Assembly (NCBI RefSeq): GCF_004010195.1
Contig: NC_057718.1
Location: 43,337,970-43,401,969, forward strand
Source of the DNA: Chiloscyllium plagiosum
Taxonomy: Eukaryota
Reading direction: 5' to 3'
Length of the DNA: 64,000 bases
The position numbers and the translations under genes were made by a program. The notes below the pieces were generated by a model. That model saw only the letters and a program-made list of their open reading frames with translations. It was not told the origin of the DNA and ran no database searches. How positions within the stretch are numbered: the first letter of the stretch is position 1; each line of letters starts with the position of its first letter. Shown here piece by piece: positions 13,090-26,040 of the stretch.

Positions 13090-13590
13090 CATGAAGATTC
13101 TGTCAAATCCTGTCCTGTTTCCATGAGCTCATGAAAAGTTCATGCAGCTTGACTGTGCTTCAAGACTTCAAGTGAAGTTATAACAACTCTGGGGGCTTTG
13201 TTGCTCTTTAGCTTGTTGATGTTGGTCACAGTTTCCTCCAGAATCTGGCTGTCATTCATTTCTTTACTGAGAGGCACCTCTTTGATGTGGCTGGTGGCAG
13301 TATCATGCACATTGCTTCTACGTTCCTTCTGAGCAGCACAGTCACACAGGTACTCCAAGGTTGCCCTGAGGTTCTGTGGATGCCGATTGGTGTGACAACT
13401 CATTGACCTCTGGTTTTGGAGGTTGTTGTTACTTGCGGACTTCAGAGTTCCATGCACGGAATAAAAGGTTAGAGGGAATATTGCTGTGGACTTGGTACTG
13501 AAATGCATTTCAAAGTCTTCGTCAGTGTGTAATGTCTTGCGGAGAGTTGTTAGTTTAATATTCTACTCCATAGACAGATGTTAGTGCTTC
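13090..13590 (-). mobile_element. RTE-clade LINE fragment
   Basis: ORF 13140-13508 ends EETVTNINKLKSNKAPRVVITSLEVLKH, matching the RTE motif AIxxLKxxKAPGxDGIPxEvlK. Confidence 0.6.
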
Positions 13591-13930
13591 ACAGAAACTT
13601 CTTACGTCTCAAATATAGTAGCAACGAGGATCCACAAGCTCAGGAATAGATGTGTATTCCTGATCATGAGAATGGCACAGGAGAAGAACAAGGGGCAGGA
13701 AACTACAATGGGCAATACCTTCAACATTGAATGTACCACCTCAAGATGCCAGACAGTCAGTGTGGCAGAAGAATGCTGATAGACCTGGACATGGAGATGC
13801 TGGCTAAATAAAGATAGAAAGTGATGAAAATCCTCAGAGGTCTGAAGCATTTGCAGAAACAGAGTTACTATACAAAATCTTGTGGAGGTGATGGGAGTTT
13901 TGGCTGCTGCCAGTACTACACCCAATTGAG

Positions 13931-14144
13931 TAGATAAAAATGAGGACTGCAGATGCTGGAAACTAGACTCTAGATTAGAGTGGTGCTGGAAAAGCACAGC
14001 AGTTCAGGCAGCATCCGAGGAGCAGTAAAATCAACATTTTGGGCAAAAGCCCCATTCCTGATGAAGGGCTTTTGCCCGAAATGTTGATTTTACTGCTCCT
14101 CAGATGCTGCCTGAACTGCTGTGCTTTTCCAGCACTACTCTAAT
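13931..14144. mobile_element. Fold-back PLE mini-insertion (two inverted pLTR ends) with 15-bp TSD
   Basis: 82-bp inverted arms at 13971-14052 and 14066-14147 (3 mismatches); ctacacccaattgag at 13916-13930 and 14145-14159. Confidence 0.9.
14054..14089 (+). ncRNA. Minimal type-I hammerhead ribozyme motif (degenerate)
   Basis: attc-CTGATGA-agggc tttt gccc-GAAA-tg-TT-gatt. The core and stem II are intact; the cleavage site reads UU instead of UH with H = A or C. Confidence 0.7.
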
Positions 14145-14589
14145 CTACACCCAATTGAGACCATGGGTTGAGGCCAGGCACAGGTTACTGTCTGCTGGGT
14201 TTACCCCAGATGGGGAGTCAGGGCTGGGGGAAAGGTTGTAGGCAGCAAGGACAGTGGGTGCCTTTCAGTGGTTCCCATCCCCTGCTCTGTCCTGTTGCCA
14301 GATCCCTTGATCAATGCTTTTGTAAAAGGGGTCATCTTTCCCTCATGCAGTCTACAAGCAAATATGCCAGGGTTTGCTTGCCATGGCTTGCCAGGAAGAG
14401 AGCTCCTGTCCACCATTGGATTAATACCACTGGTGCCAGGATTGTGTCCTTAAGTAGGCAATTGTTTCTTAAACTGGTGGTTGGTTGGAAAAGTTGTCCA
14501 GAGTCCTTCCTGCCCCAGACTTCATCAGGATGAGGCAGGAAAGTGGCAGAGTACTCCTCTTTTGCTAAAAGGCTTGGAGTAAACTCGAA

Positions 14590-14850
14590 AATTAAACTAG
14601 AAGATTGGAGGCTTGCTGATAGGTTGAACAGAGGAGTTCTGCAAAGCAGTCATTTAGTCTGTTTTTTCACCTCATTGCACAGAAAACTGCATTGTGGCAA
14701 CTAATGAAGTGTACTAAATTGAAAGAAGTATAAGTAAACCAATGTTTCACCTCAAGATTGTGTTTGGGGCTTTAGACAGTGCGAAGGGAAACAGTGAGTA
14801 AAGGCAGAGGAATTCCATCTCCTTCAATTGTCTGGAGTTGTGTGCTTTTA
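14590..14850 (-). mobile_element. Old PLE GIY-YIG fragment
   Basis: Minus strand SPKHNLEVKHWFTYTSFNLVHFISC...RLNDCFAELL parallels the GIY-YIG region of the younger PLE copies. Confidence 0.6.
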
Positions 14851-16099
14851 GGAAAGGCAGTGTAAGTTGTGAGTTGACCACGGTATCATAGAGAGAATGT
14901 TCCTTTTCAGAAAGCTGAAAGAAGAGGGTTGAGATGACGTTGGTGAAATCACATTGGAAGGTGAGTACCAGATGCAGTGATTGACCTGTCAAACTGTGCT
15001 TTGTCTTTGCTATGGAGTCTGGAAGAGTCCAGCTGTGACTTGGCAGAGGGCCAGGTGTGTGGAGTTTGCCCTCTTCATTTGCCTCTGCGTCGTCTTCCTA
15101 TTGACCCAGAGATTGAGAAGCTCTGCAGCCTCCATACACATAGCAGCCTGTGTGCAGACAAGTCAGATGCCAAACCCAGCTATTCACCACAACACTGGCA
15201 GAAATATTCTGAAGTATTGCCTTACTAAGTACAAGAAAAAGTTCTTCAAAATTCAATTTTCCCACAAGTTGATTGCCAGGTTTTTTAAAAAATACCACTA
15301 GTGGTACGGAATGCTATTTGTAGCTGAACATTTGGTTTTGGTGAGTGCAGTATGAATTAATTAAATAGATCTGCGATGTTCACTCAGGTAATAAGGCTGT
15401 TTGAAATTAGGGTAGCTCCAGTTCTACTTCTTCCGGCACACACAAGGGACACCCATGCGAGTGCCCTTCTCAAGAAAGCATACTTCATTCCCAGGAGGGC
15501 AATCGGCTTTGTGCTACAGACATTAAATTTATGTACATTATATGTCTGTAAAAGCACAATATTCAAATATGTATTACCTTGGTCATTACATGATGTATTA
15601 TGTTCCTGAGCACATTCATATTTCATATTGTGCAACATGTAGATAATTAAAGAATATAGAACAAATGGTGAGCTTTTTGATTTTCTTTCATCTTGTATAA
15701 ACTGCATTCCTTCAAATCCAATCCATCTCCATAACTCCCTTAAATAGGAATGACATGTTCTACCCAGCTCCTTCTGAGGATGTGCAAGCATTGCCTTTAA
15801 AAATTTGAACAGTAGGAATTGAGACCGAATAATTTGGCACATGAAAATTGCTTCCTGCAGTAAATTCTATCTTTCTTCATGTCATGCAGAATGTAAATTC
15901 CACTGCCACACTAGTTTCATTTTAGTACCAAACTTGCTAAATTCTTATCAACATTTTTCTGTGCTAGTAGAGCATTTTGGGTTTATATCATTGCTACATC
16001 CATCATCCGATTTCAAGCCCTTCAACTGTGATAGTAATAATCATGCATTGCCTTTGTGTTCATATTCATCTTTCAATCTCTGCTGTTCATGTTGAGATG

Positions 16100-17030
16100 G
16101 CATTATGAGCTTGAGTTGCCTACTTAGCTCTTTCCTTCACCATTCTGCAAAATCATGACTGACCTTCTACCTCAACCGCACCATTCAAATCCTTTAATTC
16201 CATTAGGACCTACAAACCCATCAACTTCTGAGATCAATACCTTGAACATATAGAGCATCTGTATTTCCCTGGGGCAAAGAATTTGAAAGATTCTTTCTCA
16301 TTTAAGTGAAAAATATTCTCCTTATTTCAGTCATGAAAGGCCAATTCTTTATTTTTCATCTGTGACCCTGTTTTCTAGATGCCTTGGAGAAACCATTGTC
16401 TCAGTATCTATCCTATAGGTGTAGAATGGATATTTTCCATTGTCAATCTAGATTGAGGAGTCCCAGTTTTGGGCTAAGCGTGACAGATCTAAAACAGATA
16501 AGGAATTACTTCTCTCGAAGACTTTTGAAACTGTGGTATTCACTACCTTTGAGTGTGATAGATGCCATGGACAGTTAGACAGATTTTTAATTATTAACAG
16601 GTTAAAGGATTAGGGAGAGCAGACAGAAACGTGGAGTTGAGATTATGATGAGATCAGCTATGATCGTATTAAATGGCAGAGCAAGATAAAGAGCCTAAAT
16701 TAACAATTCCTGTTCTTTGTTCTTATGTACTCTGTCAAGCCCCTTAAGAATGGTATACTTTTCAATTAGATCATTTTTCATTCTTCTAAACTCCAGAGAA
16801 CATAGGACGAGCCAGTAAGCTGTCCTTATTGGACAATCCCCTCATTGTGGAAGCCCATCTAGTGACCTACTGTTGCATCCCTGTTAAGCATGTGCATCCT
16901 TCCTTAGCTAAGAAGACAAAACTACACAGAGTCCTGTTGGCTCACCAATGTCCAGCATAATGATAGTAATATTTCTTCACTCTTATATGCAATCCCTTTG
17001 ATACAAAAGTTAACTCACTGTTTGGCTTCC
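16100..17030. mobile_element. CR1 3' fragments: a minus-strand copy interrupted by a plus-strand 3' end (~16470-16728)
   Basis: CR1 3' motifs aggaattacttctctc...ctgtggtattcactacc and cctgttctttgttcttatg on +; ttcttctaaactccagagaa and aatccctttg...taattccttg on -. Confidence 0.7.
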
Positions 17031-19919
17031 TAATTCCTTGCTCTATGTGCATGTTAACTTTCTGTAATTCACATACATGAGAACTTTTGAAGAATGTATA
17101 CAGTTGTAATGATTTCTTTGCATTCTGTTCTGAATTCTTGTTTTCCACTTTTATATCTTGCTTCACTAAAATGACTCAGTATGTTTGCAATTACCCAATA
17201 CATGAGGATTTGTAGACCCTGAACCTGTCGCCCGTTTGGTTTTCCCATGTTGAGCAATTCTCCATGCCAGTTGTGCAATCCACAGTTCGATGAATGAAGT
17301 TTTTTGTGAAGTAGCTCATTAGCTGCCTGAGGAGCAATAAAAGTGCAGGTGTTTCACGATGAACAGATCTATTTTTCATTTTGGTTAACAGAATCATATT
17401 TTCAAGTTTTAAAAGTGTGTTTTTCCCACTTCAGTTTTGTTCCTGGCTGGCAGCACCTTACCTTGCAGGGAAGTCAGCAAAATTTCATAATGGTCAAAAG
17501 GGAGAAACAGTCAGAGCAGTCACACCATGAGATTTATTCTGTGTGGTGTTGCATTTCAACAAGAATTGTCATTACATTACACAGTTTATTAAAGTCGGTA
17601 AAATGATTTTTCAATCACCTCTTTAAGAATACCCTGGGTAAGTAAAAACGAAATCTGGAAAATTTGTTATGTGATTTTTCCTTGAACAGAACTAGAGCTT
17701 TACTTCATGCCTCATTTAACAACAAATGAGTAAAAGATGTGTTCAGCTAACAAATGTTTTCTGGTGTTTTGTAAGTATCAAACAAGCATTTTTAATGGTA
17801 TAGTTATGTTTACTGATAAAGAAGGAATGACTTGCTTATAATTTTCCAAGTTGATTTCCACTATGTAGAAATTAGAAGTCCAAACTGTATCCCATCTCAG
17901 TCTTAGATGGCAAAAAAATTTAAACTAATAGTTTTCAATGCTGTGGAAACTTGCATTGTCAGATATTTTCTCCTCTTAAATTGAAAAGGTTTATTATCAT
18001 GAGATTTCCAGCCTGTCCAAAATCAAAACCTGACACCATCCATTACAATTTCAGCTTGTAGATATAGCAGGACAGTTCTGTGACTCAAACACATGTCCAT
18101 TTTGTTAAGAATCAAGCATCTTAGCCATTTTGTTAGTAGGTCATATAGGAAACAACTGTTTTAACAGGCTGCTTTTGTACTAAATATTTTAGATGTAGGT
18201 TTACATTCAAGATAGGAAAATAGATTTCAAAAAACATCTCCTATTGTATCTCCAGACATCTTTGAGAAATATTTGAAATTGCTTCTTATGCAACATTCTA
18301 TACAGTATCAACTATTGTTTTATCGATAAGCATAGCAGCTATTTTGTAGGAAGCATGATTCCAGAATAAGAAAAGTGACCAGTTTCAAATTGTGCAATTA
18401 CATTCTTATATCTGCCTTAATTATGAACATAAATGTTTGCTTTAAAATATTTTCAAAGAAAGATTTTTTTAAACAATGCTACCCTCCCTCAGTGCTGAAC
18501 TAGAGCATCCACCAAGATTACACCATTGTTCAAAAGCCAGAATTGTATCGGCTGAACCAGCTGACCCAATGTTGAGTTATTCTTAGTTATTATAAAGCAC
18601 TTTTAGCATTGTATATGGCACAATAGAAGGCTTATTTTGGTTTTGTTACATGATTTATTTTTCGGAAACACTATCGTCTGGTATGAAATCTTACAGATTA
18701 TAAATCATTCATCCCGATATCCCAATAATTTTGTTTGGACAAAATTATCGATGCACTAGAACTATATTTAGGAGCATCTGAATATTTATTAAGAAGCCTA
18801 ATGAGTCATAAGATAACAAGTTGAAAATTGAAAAGTAGGTTTGAAAAAGCAATTCAAGGTTACAAATTATACTGCAATATTGTCAGGTTTCTTGAAGAGA
18901 CTTCAGTTCAAAGTAATTCTATAATGTTAGTTACAGAAGCAACTAGCACTCAGTCAAGCATACATATCTTAATTTTGCTTCGACTATTTTATCAGTAATT
19001 TATATTCAGTTAAACTTATAAAACATTTGGTATGCGTTTGGTGAAATGGCTGCTCCTGCCTTGTCAGCACAAATGCTGGCCTGCCATTACACCCATTCTC
19101 TTTATCAGAACAAATGCTTTCCTTTATTATTAATAGCAATTCTTGACATTTTCATCAGCAAGGAAAAAAAAGATGGAGCATCAGCTCTGACTACATTTTG
19201 CACAATTTGAATAAATTGAAAGTAAATGCTAATTGTTAGCATTCAGAGACTGCTACTTTCTGAGGACATCTGCCTATAATTAATCATCAAAGAGATGATT
19301 GGTGATTCATGCTTGGCTACTTTTTCTAAGAAATTTGTCATCCACCTTAGAGAGTAAAGGTGTGAGTAATGCGCTTCTTAAAAGTTGAAAATATAACTTC
19401 TCACTGGGTTTAACTCTGTTAAGTAGAAATTTAAGAAAAAAATGTTCAAAGAGCAGCTCTGAAGAAAATATAACTTATAAGTACGTAATTTGATATAAAT
19501 ATCATGGTAAGTTGGTTTTATGGGGAAATCACACAGGTACATATACCACATGACTGTATTCATATAAATATGCTAATCTTCGCAACTAACAATAGGTAAG
19601 TTACCTAGCAGAAACCCAACAGCTCAATAAACCTGAATCTATCTAATTTCACCAACCTACTGGGAATGCTAGTAGAATAAGGAAGTGATTAAGGAAACAT
19701 TAGGCCCCCATAGGACCTACATGGATGTCAATTTCACCTGCATGAGTAGAACATTCTACCTTTAATAACATCACCTATCCTGTCATGTTAATTCTACCTG
19801 CAAGGAAGGGTCTAGAGAATTCCAAAATCATGTATATTTAAGTAAAACAATGTTCCTAAAATAAATATAACCATATAACTATTTTGAGTTTCTAGAATCT
19901 AAAATATTTTGTTCTTTTC

Positions 19920-20070
19920 AGGAATGTGTTGCCAGAAGAAATGGTGGAAGCAGGTACAAATACAACATTCAAAAGAGCAAATGAGACCAGATTAATTTAG
20001 GATATTTGATCGGCTTGGATAAGTTGGACTGAAGGGTCTGTTTCTGTGCTGTACAATGGCTATGACTCTA
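19920..20070 (+). mobile_element. HER1/CR1 3' end
   Basis: gaagggtctgtttctgtgctgtacaatggctatgactcta tail. Confidence 0.75.
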
Positions 20071-21944
20071 AGTTAACCATATGGCAAAATGAGTACAGAA
20101 GAACTGGCATTTCAAATACTGTGGCCTATCCTTTTTGCAGTAGCCCAGTTTGACAGAGGATTGGACATAATAGATACATTTTGAAGTGGTGTGAAACAAA
20201 CAATAGTGAATTGGCAGCCTTTTGTTTTAGATCTCTCTTTGATTTTTATTTCCATGTCACTGGTCAGAGGAATAACTAATGTCCATGCCAGGATGGACTA
20301 GATGCTTGGTTCTTCTTGAGAAGGTGGATGTAATCACTTTTGTAGATAGAGAAATGGCCTGCATTGGCCAATTGTAGCGCTTTCTTATATTTTCCTATTG
20401 CTAGAGCCCATGACCCCATGAAGCCAAAACATAAAATAGAAAGAATAGTAATATACCTTTGAAACATTTTTAACACACTCCCTTAAAGCTTCTTCTAAAT
20501 GATTAAAGCTTACTTTGAAAGATTTGTTTTGAATTTTGCACTTCAATTCGTCAGTGTGAATATTCTTAAGAGTGTTCTTATTGTATCAATAATTTTGAAT
20601 GAAAGATCAAAAACATCGCCAGTGCCACTAAGGCAGTAAAATGTGGTACTGGTGGTTTTTCTTTACAATACACTGCCATAAATTTGGTATAAGTACTTAT
20701 TCAATATGTTCCATGTATTCTACCATCCATTGTTAGAAAGCTGGCATACTAGAGTGAATGTTCTTAAACAACTCACAAGGGGCTGGCAGGATCCAGACTT
20801 TCACAGAAGACCAGCTGGGCCCTTCACAATCACCTGTTCTCTACATCTTCATCACTTGTGACCCATGTCTTACCTTGTGCTACTTTATTCACATCACTAA
20901 ATAATGGACATGAGTTGTTTATATCTGGGCTACAGCTCACAGTAGGTGATGACACTTCACATTCAGTTGTATGGTACTGTTCTAAGGCTAATTTCAAACT
21001 ATTTGCTGGCCTGTGCTTTACAGAGTGAGCAGCTGAGACATTGTTAGTACCTAATTACACTTGTACATCGAGACTATCAGTATTTCCATACATTTATGCA
21101 GCCAGGCATTGATGTATGATCTTGTGAATTTTATAAAATATTAGTTTAACATAATGCATACCCTATCAAAATACTCCAGGTGCTGGAAATTTGAAATAAA
21201 AATAGAAAATACTTTTAGGTTAGGTAGTATGTTTCATTATCAATGTTAATCGCTTTCTCTCTCCACAAATGCTGCCGGACATGAGTATGTTCAGTATTTC
21301 ATATTTCTATTTTATAGCACAGACCACATTATCAGTCAACAATCCCAATCTCCTGCACTTCCCAGTACCTCTACTTTAATCTGCAGTTAATATCTTTTCA
21401 TTACCATGTTTTCCTTTTCAGAATGATATTGGGGCCTAAAGGCTTAAATTATAAAGACAGGTTGCATAAACATGGCTTGTGTCCTTTCAGCATATAAAAT
21501 TGTAGGATGATCTGATCGACATATTCAGAATATTAAAATTGAGAAGCTAGATACAGGAAGCTGAATCTTAATTTTCTTTTGGCTAAGCCCAAATTGCATT
21601 GAGATTTGTGGAGAGTTTCTCATGTGCAGGTCTAGCGAGTTCTGTTATTATATCTTACCAAATACATCACGTTAATTGTCTACCACCCACTCCAAACCAA
21701 AATACTACTGACCCTGAATGTTGTGTGCACTGACTGCTCACTCACTCGGGATGTATCCCCACCATCACTTCTGCAATAGCTGTGCCATCCACCCAGATGG
21801 TGCGCTGCCTGTCATTTGGCTCTTCAGCCTTACGTAGAGATGACTCTGAATCAGACTGCCCCGAGCAAGCCTTTTCCTGTTATCAGAGGTTGTCCTTGAC
21901 TTACTGTGCCAAGTACCCCTGTGGGGAGGCTATCTTTCTTGACT

Positions 21945-22920
21945 GAGAAACATAGAAAATAGGTGCAGAGTCGGCCATTTGGCCCTTGTCACCTGCATCA
22001 CGATTGAATATGATCATGGCTGATCATGCAATTTCAGTATCCCATTCCTGCTTTCTGTCCAGAGCCCTTGATCCCTTTAGCCAAAAAGGCCACCTCTAGC
22101 TCCCTCTTAAATAAATCAATCGAACTAGTCCCAACAGATATCTGTGGTCAAGAATTCCACAGGTTCACAATTCAGAGTGATGAAATTCTTCCTCATTTCA
22201 GTCCTGGATAGACTTACCCCTTATTCTTAGATTGTGACCCCTAGTTCTGGACTTCCCCAACATCAGGAACATTATTTCTGCATCTAGCCTGTCCAGTCCC
22301 ATCAGGATTTATATGTTTCTATGAGATTCCCCCACATCTTCTAAATTCCAGTGAGTACAAGGCGAGTCATTCCAGTCTTTCCTCATATGTCAGTCCTGCC
22401 ATCCCAGGAATCAGTCTGATGAACTTTCACTGGATTCTCTCAATAGCAAGAATGTTCCTCCTCAGACTAGGAGGCCAAAAACTGCACACAATACTCAAGG
22501 TTTGGCCTCACCAAGGTCCTGTATAACTGCAGCAAGACATCCCTACTCCAATACTCAGATCCCCTCACTATGAAGGCCAGTGTGCTATTAGCTTTTCTCA
22601 CTGCCCACTGCATCTATATGCCAACCTTCAGCAACTATTCCACCATGGCACTCAGGTCTCATTGCACCTCATTGCCACCATTCAGATAATAATCTGCCTT
22701 CCTGTTTTTGCCACCAAAGTGGATAACCTCAAATTTATCCACATTATATTGCATTTGCCAAGTATTTGCCCACTCAGCCAACTTTTCCAAGTAACCCTGC
22801 AGCCTCTTAGTATCCTCCTCACAGCACATCCTGCCACCCAGCTTAAAGATATTGCATTCAATTCCTTTTTCCAAATTATTGATGTATATTGTGAACAGCC
22901 GGAGTCCCAGCACTGAATCC
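21945..22920 (-). mobile_element. CR1 LINE, 5'-truncated (RT C-terminus plus 3' UTR)
   Basis: SVLGLRLFTIYINNLEKGIECNIFK...LQGYLEKLAEWANTWQMQYNVDKFEVIHFG; tail gaaacatagaaaatagg on +. Confidence 0.9.
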
Positions 22921-23380
22921 TCAGAATAAGTGAGTACTGTGACATTGTGTGAGGAATCTGAAGATGCAGCCTCATTCAGTCTATGAACTGGGTGCAGGTC
23001 CTGGATTGCACAGTGTCCTTGCCACAACTTTACAAAGTGGGTTGCTATTGCAGCCGAAGGTGCAAAATGACAGTGCAGAAGCACCCTGAAAATATATCAG
23101 AGATGTCCAGTCAGGGTCGTCAGAGGCGGAACACGTTAGATGTGAATGCCAGTGAACATGGAGTGCATGCGGTCAGTGCCCATCGATTATGCCTTGACAT
23201 TTTGGTGTCTGATGTCTAACATGAGGTTGATTGGAGCACATGGTGAGTTGAATCTGCCAGTTGCTGTGATTTCCTTGTCAAATTTTCCTGACAATCAGCT
23301 TGTTTGGCAAGCTTGATAAAATGGGAGTCTGAATATTAATTAGGTGAGTTAGGCCCTTAACAAGGCATTGAATAATCAGT

Positions 23381-23437
23381 GCTGGAAATGTGTTGCTCGA
23401 AAAGCGCAGCAGGTCAGGCAGCATCCAGGGAACAGGA
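23381..23437 (-). mobile_element. 57-bp PLE pLTR stub with 19-bp TSD
   Basis: The insert matches the arm at about 28069-28120; aaggcattgaataatcagt occurs at 23362-23380 and 23438-23456. Confidence 0.85.
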
Positions 23438-25569
23438 AAGGCATTGAATAATCAGTAATGGCCTCCAATTGGCATTTTGTTGCTGCCTAGTGAGAATACT
23501 TGTAAAAGCCATAAAATAGGAGTGAGATGATCTCGTCCTTGAGATGGGCCTCACCACACTTGTCACCAATTCCATCGCACATTCCATTATAATCTGTGTC
23601 GCTGAGACCTCCAGTAGGATTTTGCCCAGAGAAACTATTTCTCCAATAGAGAAATCAAGAACAAGGGTACCTACTGTAAAAATTGGATGTGGGTATGTCC
23701 AGGAACAAGGGCCTAGATTTTCATCCTCAAGATAGTTTGTGGGAATTGGATAAATTCTTGGCTCAGTCCATCCCACCTCTGAAGAAATTGCTCTAAAAAG
23801 ATGATATTTTCATTCTGGTGGGGTGACTGAAGTCAGCAGTTGTGCCAGCTGACCACTACTGGGTCTGTCAGGCACCAAAGCAGCCCTTTACCAGCCGTGG
23901 GGTTATAGTTCTTCATCCCAGCTAGCTTGAGAAAGATAACCCCTAAGTAAGGACTCACCTCTCTCATCCCCTCATTCCACACACATTTCCCAACTTCCAT
24001 CTATATCACTCATTGCCCCCAAGTTATGCCTGCACCTGTGTCAATGGTCCCTTATGACCCCATGCCAGGTTTTGGTCCATCAGCAATCCTCCGTGGTCCG
24101 TCAAGATGCCTTCATGCCAGAGTGTGCCACCATGCCACTCCAACCAGGAGTTTTGCATTCTACATATTATTTAATTGTTTGTTCCAGTTAAATGGAAACT
24201 TCTGTACTCAGAACAGAAGAAAACAACTTTTATTGCCCATGAATCCCCAATTAACTGACACTAGTGGAATGTCAACACTTGGAACCATGTTATTAAAGTG
24301 GCACAAAATGGCTTGCTCAATTTTATACAATACAGATTGTATGTCTGTCAATCACTAAAAGGTGAAATATAGTCATATGGGTTGAATTGGTTAAATTTGA
24401 TTCAGTTAACTTCATTCCATATTATGTCAGAAAAGAAAGGAAGTAAGTGGGAATCCCAGATGGTTGCTGTGTATGTTTTTTGGAATGCAGCCACTGAAAG
24501 GGATTTAGATGAACAAACCTCTTGTAGCATCTGTGCAAGATGCTGTCCAGCATTTAGTTTTGAACATAGGTGGTGGGTATGGATTTTTAAAATTCTTTTT
24601 ATATTGCTCGACATTGAGGTGATTTCTACAAGTTCATTTAAACCCAGTCTTGATTCTGCTGTTAAAGCTGTTGACTATAGTGATAAAGAGCCATGCATAT
24701 CAAGAGGACAGCTGATTTGTAAATTAATTGATGTCACATCTTGGTAAAAGTGTTAAATTTAGTCCCAACTCCTCTTTGGGATGGGGTTAAAAATCAAATT
24801 TGTTTTTCAGTGTAATACTACATGAAGCACTAAGATGGTGTTGGGAAAGGGGAGGATCTTGCTTGACTGTAAGGTTAGCCCATATTGGAACAGCCTTCCA
24901 ATGCTCACTGACAATGCTTACATTAAAAAAAATGGCCAGTTTAGATTTATGGTGATGTTGAAGCCTTACTTATTCAGTGATTTAGTTGAGGAGGCAGAAA
25001 GTAAGTGCAAAGAGAGCAATGACTCTGAATGCAACTTTCTATATCCTGAAAATTATAATTGGTGTGAGATTTGTTTTATCTTAGAATTTAGTGTGGAAGC
25101 CTTTTCAGTCACAAACTGATACATTTATCTTCCTATTGGTAGTTTGGATTTTCTCATATTTGCTGGCACAGTGCATATTCAAGAGGGTGCATGGGATCCT
25201 GTCCTTACAAGAGGAATTGAACATTAAAGTAAAGATGTTATGCTTCAGTTGTACAGGATATTACTGAGACCTCATCTCAACCATGTGTACCAATCTACAT
25301 GGAAGAGATCACCAAGATAACTATTACACATGGGACTCCAATCTAAACTGCAAGAGTCATCAAAACATCACTGATTAATGCAGCATTCATTTTTACTTAA
25401 CACAGTCGATCTTTGGTATTATGGCAAAACAGCTTCTCTTCCACAAAGGACAATTGTTTTTATCTAGTCCCAACCCTGAAATATTACATAATTATGTCTA
25501 ATTGATCCTATTAGCCCTTATAAATTAAATCCATATAATTGAATGAGTTGGTGTAAAACAGTTGCATTT

Positions 25570-25650
25570 CACCTGACGAAGGGGCAGTGCTATGAAAGCT
25601 TGTGCTTTTAAATAAACTGTTGGATTACAACCTGGTGTTGTGTGACCTTT
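25570..25650 (+). mobile_element. PLE family-2 terminal fragment with minimal hammerhead motif (25570-25604)
   Basis: cac-CTGACGA-aggggcagtgctat-GAAA-gc-TT-gtg, then ctgttggattacaacctggtgttgtgtga, the reverse of 61740-61780. Confidence 0.75.
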
Positions 25651-25767
25651 GCTCTTTTTTCTCGAAGATTTGAATTCTCATGAATAACAAAACCCCATGA
25701 AGTTTACACTATCCATCAATGTAGCAAATTCCGAAATAAGCAGTTGGCTTACATCATACCTCCCACT

Positions 25768-26040
25768 GATTTGATTTGATTTATTGTTGTCACATGCCCC
25801 TAAGTACATGAGAGTAGGACAGGCAGATCATAGCAAACAAGGACATACAGATCATAGGGTGCTTAGATAGAAGGTTACGGCTGCACAGGAGATGCACAAA
25901 GAAAGGTCAACCTTAGATTTGAAATTAGAGAGGTCCATTCAGCAATCTAAGAACAGCAGGGAAGAAGCTGTTCCCGAACCTGTTGGTGCATGTGTTCAAG
26001 TTTCTGATTCTTCTGCCTGATGGAAGAGTTTGGAAGAAAG
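25768..26040 (-). mobile_element. Rex1/Babar-type LINE 3' end
   Basis: (gattt)n tail followed by gggaagaagctgttc...cttctgcctgatggaag, typical of the reverse of Rex1 3' ends. Confidence 0.65.

Larger units (their letters stand above)
21557..23630 (+). mobile_element. Non-autonomous DNA transposon (Harbinger-like) hosting a CR1 and a PLE stub
   Basis: The left end is like 9477; the right part (ctgaatattaat.aggtgagtt...aaggcatt.aa) is shared with 49130-49390. Confidence 0.45.

Noticed and set aside
14977..15301. Overlapping Cys-rich ORFs
   Set aside because: No recognisable domain and no convincing splice-site pair; likely chance ORFs or decayed repeat.
17462..17537. Minus-strand exon-like segment ending in CAAG|gtaagg
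   Set aside because: It has stops in all three frames and a weak acceptor; at best a non-coding exon with no support.
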